From Octopus bimaculoides (taxonomy: Eukaryota), in contig NC_069003.1 in assembly GCF_001194135.2 (NCBI RefSeq), forward strand, positions 27,939,019-28,003,018: 64,000 nt of DNA. The letters are read 5' to 3'. Below the pieces are notes generated by a model. It saw only the letters and a list, made by a program, of their open reading frames with translations. It did no database searches and was not told the DNA's origin. Position 1 is the stretch's first letter. Every line of letters starts with the position of its first letter. The position numbers and the translations under genes are program-made. Shown here piece after piece: positions 11,492-22,790 of the stretch.

Positions 11492-12302
11492 ATATATATA
11501 TATATATATNNNNNNNNNNNNNNNNNNNNNNNNNNNNNNNNNNNNNNNNNNNNNNNNNNNNNNNNNNNNNNNNNNNNNNNNNNNNNNNNNNNNNNNNNNN
11601 NNNNNNNNNNNNNNNNNNNNNNNNNNNNNNNNNNNNNNNNNNNNNNNNNNNNNNNNNNNNNNNNNNNNNNNNNNNNNNNNNNNNNNNNNNNNNNNNNNNN
11701 NNNNNNNNNNNNNNNNNNNNNNNNNNNNNNNNNNNNNNNNNNNNNNNNNNNNNNNNNNNNNNNNNNNNNNNNNNNNNNNNNNNNNNNNNNNNNNNNNNNN
11801 NNNNNNNNNNNNNNNNNNNNNNNNNNNNNNNNNNNNNNNNNNNNNNNNNNNNNNNNNNNNNNNNNNNNNNNNNNNNNNNNNNNNNNNNNNNNNNNNNNNN
11901 NNNNNNNNNNNNNNNNNNNNNNNNNNNNNNNNNNNNNNNNNNNNNNNNNNNNNNNNNNNNNNNNNNNNNNNNNNNNNNNNNNNNNNNNNNNNNNNNNNNN
12001 NNNNNNNNNNNNNNNNNNNNNNNNNNNNNNNNNNNNNNNNNNNNNNNNNNNNNNNNNNNNNNNNNNNNNNNNNNNNNNNNNNNNNNNNNNNNNNNNNNNN
12101 NNNNNNNNNNNNNNNNNNNNNNNNNNNNNNNNNNNNNNNNNNNNNNNNNNNNNNNNNNNNNNNNNNNNNNNNNNNNNNNNNNNNNNNNNNNNNNNNNNNN
12201 NNNNNNNNNNNNNNNNNNNNNNNNNNNNNNNNNNNNNNNNNNNNNNNNNNNNNNNNNNNNNNNNNNNNNNNNNNNNNNNNNNNNNNNNNNNNNNNNNNNN
12301 NN

Positions 12303-12352
<50 letters not shown>

Positions 12353-12678
12353 CATATATACATATATATGACCTAACTATGTTTTCCATTAACTGGAATA
12401 TTGATTTCTTCATTTCCTACTTTAAAATATACTGAACTTACAATAAGAAAAAAATTGCATTTCGAAGACTAGTTATAACAGCTTAAGTAACATATCTCTT
12501 CTTGCTGACACACGAACTTAAAGATGAAGCACCGCTAAAATGAGGTCCAGGAGACCAGGTACGCTGAAAAGTGTTAAGTTTCTTTTGATCTGTTTCAGAG
12601 AATTATATGGTTTATACTGCTTTGGAGTGGAACAAAATGAATCTTGGATTATCAAAATATAAACAAACAATAAACTGG

Positions 12679-12732
<54 letters not shown>

Positions 12733-12747
12733 ACTGATGTAATTGAC

Positions 12748-12875
12748 ATTAAGAAGGACATTCAGCCATAGAAACCATGCCAAAGCAGACATTGTAGCTT
12801 GGCTCAGTCCTCTGGCTTGTCAGCTCCTGTCAAACTGTCCAGTCCATGCCAGCATGGAAAACAGATGTTAAACAG
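12748..12875 (+). mobile_element. Family C (RTE-tail) SINE, 3' part
   Basis: aagaaggacattcagccatagaaaccatgcc...tgtcaaactgtccagtccatgccagcatggaaaacagatgttaaa. Confidence 0.7.
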
Positions 12876-13656
12876 GGATAATATACACTGGTGGTGCCCC
12901 AGCATGGTCACAGCCTTAGGATTGAAACATATAAAAGAATAAATGTAATCATTATCTTCGTATTCATTTATCTATTAAAGTCACATCAAGGCATCGATTT
13001 ACGTAAACACTATATCAGTGTTAATGTTGTTGTTTAGTCTATATCAGCTCTAATCAAGTAGGTTTGTTGTCCAGGCTTTCTAACCATGACCACTCAGTAC
13101 ATTACAAGACATTAAGAAAAGCACCTTAGCTTTAGCAAGAAACCTAACTCTAAATAAAAAGTTAGCTATTATTATGGATTTATGCTAGGTAGAAAAGATC
13201 ATCTAAGTTAAAATTAGCCTAATAATAGTAAGCATTCGGGACAAAATTAGCTGAAGGGGAGGCTCAGCTTTGCATAGAGAAGGTTTGTGAGACATTCTTT
13301 TAGAAAACAATTGTGTCTTGTATACCATCAAATACAATAATTAGTATGCAAGTCTGGTATATCTGTTTCAGTGGAGTGGCTAATAGTTTCAGTTATTGGA
13401 TAACTTTACCAAACTCCTGAACTCCCAAGCTGGAACTTCACCAGTGGATTTAATTTAATATCTTGCCTAGACCTGTGTAGACATTAAATGAATGCTAAGT
13501 TGGAAACATTTGTTACTGAATGAATAACTTCTGAGTACGCATGCAGAAGGGTGTGAGATGTTTTGGCACAACCATTTTGACACTGCCCATTTAGCATCAC
13601 TGATTTGACACACTCAATTGGCATTGAAAGTTTTTATGTTTCTTTTCTTCTCTCTG

Positions 13657-13724
<68 letters not shown>

Positions 13725-13814
13725 CTGCTCTCTGTGGGTGAGAGCATATTTCTCAGAAAGTGTTTTATGTCGATTATGTTCCATCCATCCAATCATCTTT
13801 TCTGTGCTCGAATC

Positions 13815-14001
13815 CTGGGAGGGTTTTCAGGATAGTCTTCAAGTACCTCCTCCATTGGGTCCTGTCAGAAGCAAACATCATTAGCCTTCCCAACTAGTTT
13901 CCTAAATGTGACCAATTGAGATTATGGATGTTACACTACCATCTCATTCTTGGTCTACTCCTAGGTCTCTTGCCAGTTGGTTCAGCTTGAAGAATCTGTC
14001 C
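13815..14001 (-). mobile_element. RTE-clade LINE, 3' coding end
   Basis: Minus strand reads GQILQAEPTGKRPRSRPRMRW*CNIHNLNWSHLGN*...ASDRTQWRR, the RTE GxRPRGRPRxRW terminal motif. Confidence 0.8.
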
Positions 14002-14049
14002 TGCATTTTTTTCTTATGACAATCTAATCATGCTCAATTAATAAATTGT

Positions 14050-14437
14050 GTGGAGGTGCAATGGCCTAGTGGTTAGGGCAGCGGACTTGCAGTCATAGGA
14101 TTGAGGTTTTGATTCCCAGACCGGGCGTTGTGAGTGTTTATTGAGCAAAAACACATAAAGCTCCTCGAGGCTCCGGCAGGGGATGGTGGCGAACCCTGCT
14201 GTACTCTTTCACCACAACTTTCTCTCACTCTTACTTCCTGTTTCTGTTGTGCCTGTAATTCAAAGGGTCAGCCTTGTCACACTGTGTCACACTGAATATT
14301 CCCGAGAACTACATTAAGGGTACACGTGTCTGTGGAGTGCTCAGCCACTTGCACGTTAATTTCACAAGCAGGCTGTTCCGTTGATCGGATCAACTGGAAC
14401 CCTCGACGTCGTAAGCGACGGAGTGCCAACAACAACA
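14050..14437 (+). mobile_element. Family B tRNA-derived SINE, full length and little decayed
   Basis: A box tggcctagtgg, B-box-like ggttttgattccc, retained CpGs, (ACA)n tail. Candidate 11-bp TSD taataa(a/g)ttgt at 14039-14049 and 14438-14448. Confidence 0.9.
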
Positions 14438-15728
14438 TAATAAGTTGTAATCTCTCTCTCTCTCTCTGTATTTCACTCCAATGCCAGAAAGTACTGTCAC
14501 CAAAGCAGGTTCAGTGTCCAAACAACTATGCCAAGTTATCAGTGTCCAAACACCTATGCCCATTCATTTCATTCTAATATCACAGATAACAAATTAGTGA
14601 GATAAACGGTTCACTAGGATTAAATGGGTTAAGCGTGAACTTTTATCATGGTTTTCCACTGATAGTCATTAAGTTTTCAACCAATGGTAAATTTATGACA
14701 ATTTAAATTGTCTACCAAATTTATCCATCATCCCTGGTGATTAATTCACACTTAATGATATGCCTTCAGAAATATGTGTATTCCACAAAGTATGTGAAGT
14801 CATCTGTGACAATGCAACCATTCTTCAAGACTTCTGACATGGGGTGGGGGTGGGTGCAGACCAGTGAACCAATAGATGCAACAGATTTTGAAAACCAATT
14901 TCTCCAGATTGCCTTATAATGACTCTTGTTAGAAATAGTTTGCAGCTGGTTGCTTGAAAGAAAGGCTATTTATTATTAAAAACGATAAAATGGAAAATGA
15001 AAAACTAAACTGACAGAGATCAACAGTGTTTATATAGGTTGAAAAGGTAGTTATGTAAATACGATGTTACAGGTCAGTAGTCATTTTGTCTATTTTGCTG
15101 ACCAGACTAAATGGCTATTAGTGAACATCAGTGAATAGAGTAAATTAGAAAGATATTAGTAGCCAGCAGCTTGGATGCTTGCTAGTGTTAAATTTTGGAT
15201 CAGTTAAGTTTCTAAAGGCTGGACTATGTATGAAGTTATACAGATATTTCTACCTAGTATTGTAGAATTTGTCTTCTGCAATTTTGATAATTATTTTACT
15301 GTTATAAAGCCTTTTTAACAGATGTGTTCTAATTAAAATCTCATAGCATTAATAGAAAATGGTTCTGATTCTTCACAACCTCAAACATGTTTCTTTTAAT
15401 TCTTTTTTATGGTTAGTGAGTAGTACACACAGTCTTTCATCATCCTCCTCTACTGGATATTAGGTTGGTTGTATGAGAGTAGAAAGAGTAGAGATTTGTG
15501 AAGAGGTTGGTGTATGAGGGGGAGGCAGTGAGGTTAGTGAAGTTGTAAGAGGAGGGAAGAGAGGTTTGAACTGTGATGTTGTTACATTGGAGAATAAATG
15601 GTTGAATGGAAAATATATGAACTATGGGGTATGATAAGGCATTGGACAATTGCGATAAAATAATGTGTGATATAATTTAGGCAAACAAAAAATATAATAA
15701 AGATAAAGGTCATAGAATGGTAATACTG

Positions 15729-15787
15729 TTATCTTTTACTGATTTCAGCCATAAGATGAGGCCATGCTGGGGTACTGCCTTTTTTTT
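15729..15787 (-). mobile_element. Isolated family A-type SINE 3' tail, fused to the 5S copy
   Basis: Minus strand aaaaaaaaggcagtaccccagcatggcctcatcttatggctgaaatcagtaaaagataa, compared with the family A tail ggtgctccagcatggc...ctgaaacaagtaaaaga. Confidence 0.75.
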
Positions 15788-15907
15788 ATGCTTACAATAC
15801 CTAGATTTCCTGAGCAATCATCCATCTAAGAACTAATAAAGCTTGATGTTGCTTAACTTCAGTGATCAGGAGAGAACCAGTGTTTTCAATGTGATATGGC
15901 TGTAAAT
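15788..15907 (-). rRNA. 5S rRNA: 5S rRNA-derived copy, full length (120 nt), probably a pseudogene
   Basis: Minus strand ATTTACAGCCATATCACATTGAAAACACTGGTTCTCTCCTGATCACTGAAGTTAAGCAAC...TTAGTTCTTAGATGGATGATTGCTCAGGAAATCTAGGTATTGTAAGCAT. It retains metazoan 5S landmarks (GCCATA-CAC, GATCAC-GAAGTTAAGC box A, box C region). Differences from the recalled consensus are mostly C>T or G>A. No T-run terminator follows. Confidence 0.88.
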
Positions 15908-16954
15908 TTCTTTATATTTCTTACTCTGAAAAGTAAGATTAGTTTAATATCAATTCAGTGTCCAAACGATATTTATCCATATATTTAACTAATCAATTCA
16001 TTGTGCTTTCAACTCAAGTAAGTCTCTGCTGTTATATATTTCTAAAATTTTTGTTGTTATTATTACTCGGTAGATTTATACAGCCAGTAGTTTCACACTA
16101 AATACCTTGACATTTAGTGGTTACATACTTTTGTGTTCAAATCACCCTCTCAGATCAACCATCCTTTGATCGTTCAAGGGTTGATAAAAGTAAATAACCA
16201 ATCAAATACTGGGAGGAGCAATATAACTAATTGTACACATCTACCAAGACGTGTGGTTGTGTAATGCATATCTTAAAAATTATCAATACAGATCTAATCA
16301 GAAATCTACAGTGTTCTCTTCATATTTTATTGGTCTTAGAGAATTTATAATAATATGAAAGATTCATCATTCTTTGTTCTGGTTAAAACATTTTCTATTG
16401 TATTTTCTATAGTGTTGACACACTGTCCGGGATTTAGAAATTATATGGATGACTGGTTTGATTGATGGTCGAATATTGATAGCAATAAACTTTCACAAAA
16501 AATCATCAAGGCTGCAGAAGATGGCATTGTAGATATCTCACCATAAAAATAAAGATGAAAAGCCACACAGTCTCATGATACTGTTTCTTAGACTGGTAAT
16601 TTTGTTACAAGGTTATTTATAATGATGGTGGAAGAAAAATGTTGTTGCAGGAATTTTGGAAGATGGTTTAGGCAGTATTTTAGACATTATTTTTAGCATA
16701 AAAAACATAATGACATTATGAATGCAATAAAAATAGAATCAAAGAATTAATGTTGGTCAATAAGAATGGAAATTGAAAACTATTGACTATTTATAATATT
16801 GTTTATGAATATAGGTTATAAATGTTGGTAGATAGACAGACTGTATGGAGCTGGACTAACTGTTTTATATTGGCGTTTCAATAGGTTCAGATCCTGAAAT
16901 TATTGGTTTTATCTTTTGATTTTATTCAATACATTTTAAACTATTTTATTTAAC

Positions 16955-17389
16955 ATAGGAACAGGCATGGTTGTGTGGTTAAAAAACTATCTTTGCAACC
17001 ACATGGTTTCAGGTTCAATCCCACTGCACAGCACTTTAGGCAAGTGTCTCCTACAATAAATAACTTTGGGCCAACTAATGTATTGTGAGTGAATTTGGTT
17101 GATAAAAACTGTAGCAGCCCATCATGTGTATGTGTGTGTGTATGTGAATATTTATTTATACACACATATAGATGTATGTGTCTTCGGCCTCTGCATTGCT
17201 TGCTGACTGGTGTTGGTTTGTTTTATATTTCTGTAATTTAGGGGTTTGGCCAAAGAGACCAATACAATAAGTACCTGACTTGAACAAATTGACCCCTGTA
17301 CTTATTTAACTAAAATGCTTCAAAGAGGTGCTCCGGAATGGCTGCAGTCCAATGACTCAGACAAGTAAAAGATGTAAGGATAAAAGATA
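16955..17389 (+). mobile_element. Family A SINE, full length, decayed
   Basis: ggcatggttgtgtggtt...caaccacatggtttcaggttcaatcccactg through gaggtgctccggaatggctgcagtccaatgactcagacaagtaaaagat. Confidence 0.85.
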
Positions 17390-17580
17390 TCATAAACATA
17401 GCTGAAAGTAAATCCAATTTTGGGATGAAGCAAGCAAATCTATCTTGATCTTGGATTTGCTTCTTTAACCCCAAATCAAAGAGTAAATCGATGATCAAGG
17501 CATCTCAGCCATAAAGATTCATGTTTTGGTCAGAGGTAAATTATTCAATGTTTTCTTTCTTTATATTTTTGAGATGGTTT

Positions 17581-17828
17581 CTTTTATTTTTTCTTTTACT
17601 TGTTTCAGTCATTTGACTGTGGCCATGCTGGAGCACTGCCTTGAAGGATTTTTAGTTGAACAAATTGACCCTAGTTCTGATCTTTTGTTAAGCCTGGTAC
17701 TTATTTTGTTGGTCTGTTTTTTTTTTTTTTTNNNNNNNNNNNNNNNNNNNNNNNNNNNNNNNNNNNNNNNNNNNNNNNNNACAAGAATGTAAGCAAACCA
17801 ACACTGGTTGCCAAGTGGTGTTGGGGAC

Positions 17829-17881
<53 letters not shown>

Positions 17882-18046
17882 GCAACAGGCGTCTTTCAGT
17901 TTCTGTCTGCCAAATCCACTCACAAGGTTTTGGTCGGCCTAAGGCTATAGCAGAAGACACTTGCCCAAGGTGCCATGCAGTGGAACTGATCCTGAAACCA
18001 TGTGGTTGGGAAGCAAGCTTCTTACCATACAGCCATGCTTGTGCCT
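17581..18046 (-). mobile_element. Family A SINE, full length (contains a gap and (CA)n)
   Basis: ttttacttgtttcagtcatttgactgtggccatgctggagcactgcc...gacacttgcccaaggtgccatgcagtgg...aagcaagcttcttaccatacagccatgcttgtgcc. Confidence 0.9.
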
Positions 18047-19233
18047 ATACACAGCAACACCAACACCCATGGTTGGATGTGATTCTAGGAAGAATTTGCA
18101 GCTGTTTCTAGCAAGCCGAGCTAACAATTCATGGCTTTCTTAATGTGTGTAGCATATGTATCTATGTGAGGAAGGAATCAGTAAATTGTTCGTCTTTTAT
18201 TTTTGTTTATTTTAAATTTCTTCTTTTTGTGAGAAGTTCATTGCACTATACCATATTCAATGGTTCTATAGAAGTTGTACAATTACAACATCAAATCATT
18301 ATAATTGATTTTGTTTTATCGCTAACAATATATACAGATCCTTTTGTAGTCACATCAACACATAAGGTAACCATGACAACCAGCAATAGACTTCTTTATA
18401 CAAAATACAGTACCCCACTTGCCCCTTTTATCTTGCACAGGTTTAAGGAAATGATAAGTTATGTCTAGACTTTTCAATTATCCAGCTTCATGAAATGGTG
18501 ATAAATGGTTGGAAAATTATCGATATTCATCCAAAGGCAACTGTAATATCAACCATTTGCACCTTTTATTTTTAGAATTACACGGAACTATGTTGAAAGG
18601 TTGATACATGAACACTAACATGCCATGTAGATAGACATTAACACACATGAAACGAAAATTACTCCATATTATTTTTCCATCTTTGCTTTTTTTTTAGAAA
18701 TATATATTACACACACACACACACACATACACATATACAGAGTCTAAGAACAAAAGTGTTGGTATTATATTTAAATGTAGAACCAACACATTTATTCTTG
18801 GACTTACTCCATGACTAGCAAATTCTTCTTAGAATTTCAGTTTGTACAGAATGATCCTCTTTAAAGAAAATTATCTCTTTCTATTCATTCTATGCACTCT
18901 TAGCCGGTATTCACAGAAATGCTGACTGAAGAAACCACGGAGATTTCTAAATTCCCTTTAATATGGTATATGGATATAGATATGAAATGTTAAAATTATT
19001 CCATACCCAGTCAGGAGATATGGAAAAATAATAATAGACACATGTTTGAAAAATAATAATAATAAGTAATAATGTTTGTTTTTATATCAAGTTAAATATA
19101 TAAAAGTAAAAAAGCAATTTGAAGGATTACTCACTGCTTTTAGTAGAGTATATGTTTATTAAACTTTTATAAGGAAATGTTTGACAGTGAGTTCCAAGTT
19201 TTGGCTTTCGTATAGAAAGTGTATACATATATA

Positions 19234-19570
19234 TCATCATCATCATCATCCTTTAATGTCCATTATTCACGTTGGAATGGGCTGGACAGTTTGACCAGGG
19301 CTGGCAAGCAGGAGAGCTGCACCAGGTACCCGTCTGATTTGGCTTTGTTTCTATGGCTGGATGCCCTTCCTAACAGCAACCTACTTTACAGTATGTGATG
19401 GATACTTTTATCATGACACCAGCATGATCACTTTTTCTATGATGCTGGCACAGGTGCTTTTTACATGACACCATCTCAGGGCTCTTGCAGGCCATTCTTC
19501 TTCATCAGGAAAGCGGCATTAACATTTCAGCTGTGGAGGACAGGTATTCTTGAGTACAGCAAGGCACCAG
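19234..19570 (-). mobile_element. Family C (RTE-tail) SINE
   Basis: (CAT)n ctttaatgtcc...ggctggacagtttgacc...gctggatgcccttcctaacagcaacc. Confidence 0.8.
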
Positions 19571-19770
19571 ATATCATATAACATATATTTTATGCACCAA
19601 AATATGAAATTTTTTGAATATGTAATAATGCTTTTTGAAATAATTTGAATTTGATAAGCTGTTTCTCAATGCATGTTATTGTATTTTGAAATGATTTGAC
19701 TGTAATAATATACTTTGGAATTAATTCACTGCAATATAAAAGGGAAAATGCATTTTCTTATTATTTTACC

Positions 19771-19808
<38 letters not shown>

Positions 19809-20224
19809 ACACAACCAGAATAAAGAATGTATATAGTTGAGTGAAATATTTAATAATATAACCCTTAAGCAATGATACAGTGGGATTCAGAGTTTTGTAT
19901 CCAGAAATCTCAGATGTTTTAAAGAATAATTATTTAAGAGAATACAGCTACATCTATGAATTATTTCATTTACTGTTGTGCATTATGGATATGCCACTAA
20001 TAAAATAATTCATGTAGGTTGCTGATGGGATTGTTTTTATGTTTTCATGATTAGCTAAAATCCCTTGATATGAAAATCTGCATCACTATGTATTATCATG
20101 AAAGGACAAGGTCATTACTATATGTTGTAATTGCCATTTAACATCCATCTTCCATGCTGTCATGGGTTGAATGATTCAGTAAGATCTGATGAATTAGAGG
20201 ACTCTATTTCATGGTGACCTCAAT

Positions 20225-20400
20225 AGTGCAGATGGAATGAAAAAAGCACCCAGTCCACACAGTGCAGTGGTTCGTGTTAAGAAGAGCTCCCAGCTATAAA
20301 AACCATGCTAAAGCAAACATTGATGTTCAATGCAGTCCTTGGATCCTGTCAAACTGTCCAACCTATGCTAACATTGAACGTGAGTGCTAAATAATAACAA
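20225..20400 (+). mobile_element. Family C SINE fragment
   Basis: aaagcacccagtccacac...ccagctataaaaaccatgc...ggatcctgtcaaactgtccaacctatgctaacattgaa. Confidence 0.65.
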
Positions 20401-20439
20401 TTATGATAAGATATATAAATGTGTATATATATTGTCTCT

Positions 20440-20660
20440 TTTGCCAAACTGCTTAGTTACAGGAATGTAAGCACACCAGCACTGGTTGTCAAGTGGTGAT
20501 TGGGGGGGGGGACACACACACATACGACTATCTTCTTTCAGTTACTGTCTTCCATATCCAATCACAAGGCTTTGGTTCGCATGAGGATATAGTAGAAGAC
20601 ACTTGCCCATGTGGAACTGAACACAGAACCATGTGGTTGGTTAAGCAAGCTTCTTACCAC
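20440..20660 (-). mobile_element. Family A SINE, partial
   Basis: ttttgccaaactgcttagttac...tcttctttcagttactg...agaagacacttgccca...accatgtggttgg. Confidence 0.75.
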
Positions 20661-22071
20661 ATACATAAATATTTATATATAGTAAAAAGTCATTTATTTA
20701 TTATACCAAATTGGATTTCATTAATAATACATATTGGTTCTCTGAATGTTACTTTGCAACATTTCAATACCTTCTCTGATAGAATTGTTAAAATGTCAGA
20801 CAGAATGCTTCACACTATTTATTTTGATTCTCGGCACTCTGAGTTCAAATTCTGCAGAGATTAAGTTTGCCTTTCATCCTTCTGGAGTCAATAAAACTCT
20901 ACCAATCCAAGTTGGTGGTAGATGTAAGCACATCAGGCCAGACACCTTGTGGTATTTGTTCCAGCTCTTTGCATTCCAATTTCAAATCCTGCCATAGCCT
21001 ACTTGGGTGCAGACTTTATCTATTGTCTGGTCTAACACTACCACCACCACCACCACCACCACCACCACCTGGCACATTGGGTACCTTTAATAGTGTTCAT
21101 ATTGTTGCAAGCATTCAAGCCAGCTTTCTGATTTGAGTATATTTTCCGCCCATCAGTCTAGGAGGCCCTGCAATAGGTCAAGGGTCACTGCTTGCCATTC
21201 TGATTAAAAAGAGGTAAGAAAGAATATTCTTTTTACACTTATAAAAAGTAGTATTAGTAGTAGTAGTGGAGGAGATGGTAGTTGTAATGTTTAACCCCGT
21301 GTCCGTTTGGAGAATGGTTCGAAATATTAATCACCTAGACATTTTAATTTGTCTTAGTATGAAAACTCTTGGTTCATTAACACCTGCCAACTGATGATGG
21401 ATTCAAACAATGATTTATTTTAGCTCGTAGAATATAATTAAAACTGATAACTCCAGTATTCATTTTCATTTCCTTTAGTTGTTCATTACACACACACACA
21501 CACACATCTATATACAAACTAATAACATTTCTTTAACATAAACTTTAATGTAATTACAACTCCTTTTTTTTTTTCTCCCTTCACCTTTGCCTATATATGA
21601 CCATGTATATTTATATAAAATATTGATTTCATGACCCGACCTACTGAGAGGGTATATCTAGTTTGTTCTGTGTATGTTTCTGTTACTTATTGACCAAAGA
21701 AAGAGGAAAGATGAAATCAATACTGGCTGATTTGAAACTGAAATCATAGACCATTTATTTTTTTGTTATTTTTTTCTTGCTCTGCCACCTACCCCTCTGT
21801 CATTTAGTAATTACAATTTTTCTCCTCTTCTTTTCCTTGTTACAGTCATTGAACTGCAGTCATGCAGGGTGGGGTCATGACGGGTTTAGTCAAACAACAT
21901 GCCAACTCCACTCCCATCTATTATTTATGTATTTTTAAAATTCTGCTTCTTATTTTATGATCCCGTTTATTGTGAAACTACAACATTATGGAGATGTAAA
22001 CAAACCAACACTGCTTGTCACGTTGTGAGTGGGCTGGAAATTAACACAGAGACACATAGATATATCATATC

Positions 22072-22305
22072 AGGACAATCACCTTCTTAGGACAATTCCC
22101 CCCGATGACAGCTACCCCCTAGGACAAGTACACTCCCTAGGACAATTCCTCGACAACAGCTACCTCCTAGGACAATTATCCCTCTTGGTTAATTACTCCC
22201 TCTCCAATATATTAAGAAGTTTTAAATCATCATCATCTGTTGTCCTCAGGGGTAATTGTCCTTGGGCAGGGGTTATATTCCATGGGAAGTAAATGTCCTA
22301 GACTC
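22072..22305. mobile_element. Short MITE-like element with subterminal AGGACAA(TT) repeats
   Basis: aggacaa at about 22072, 22089, 22121, 22139 and 22169; the inverse motif (t/a)tgtcct at about 22240, 22256 and 22293. Confidence 0.55.
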
Positions 22306-22348
22306 AGATATATACATATATATATATATATATATTATATAGATAGTT

Positions 22349-22790
22349 AGGAGCATGGCTCTGTGGTTAGAGCATTGAGATCACAATCATAAGGCTATAA
22401 GTTTGATTCCCAGACCAAGTTGTGTTTTGTTCTTGAGCAAGACACTTCATTTCACATTGCTCCAGTTCATTCACCTGTAGAAATGAGTTTTAATTTCACT
22501 GGTGCCATGCTGTATCAGCCTTTGCTTTTCCTTTGGATAACATCGGTGGTGTGGAGAGCTGGCAGAATCATTAGCATGCTGGGTAAAATGCTTGGCAGCA
22601 TTTCATCCGTCTTTACATCCTGTGTCTAAATTCCTCCAAGGTCAACTTTACCTTTCTTCGTTTCGAGGTCAAGAAAATAAATACCAGTTGAGCAATGGGG
22701 TCAATGTAATCGACTTAAACCCTCCTCTGAAATTACTGGCCTTGTGCCAAAATTTGAAGCCAATATATTGCAGGTACTTAATACTATCAA
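22349..22790 (+). mobile_element. Composite: family B-like tRNA head followed by a Deu/Nin-domain-like SINE
   Basis: Head tggctctgtggttagagc...agtttgattcccagacc...ttgagcaagacacttcatttcac, then gagctggcagaatcattagca...ggtcaactttacctttcttcgtttcgaggtcaag...accagttgagcaatggggtcaat. Confidence 0.7.

Noticed and set aside
12540-12690. ATG AGG TCC AGG AGA CCA G|gtacgc...tttcag| in-frame continuation
   Set aside because: It would need a 40-nt intron, and the reading runs into (TG)n.
14052-14125. Functional tRNA gene at the head of the family B element (and at family A heads)
   Set aside because: No complete cloverleaf, and the head continues into a SINE body and tail with a TSD.
14737-14850. NDMPSEICVF...NATILQDF, faintly like a CR1/L2 reverse transcriptase
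   Set aside because: The catalytic (Y/F)ADD motif is absent; too weak to call.
16413-16545. Strong acceptor followed by LTHCPGFRNYMDDWFD*WSNIDS..., a possible terminal exon or Sec-type UGA
   Set aside because: No recognisable protein, no SECIS identified and no partner exons.
18338-18970. Small candidate exons DPFVVTSTHK, ITRNYVER and PVFTEMLTEETTEISKF
   Set aside because: Weak or incomplete splice signals, and they do not join into a recognisable protein.
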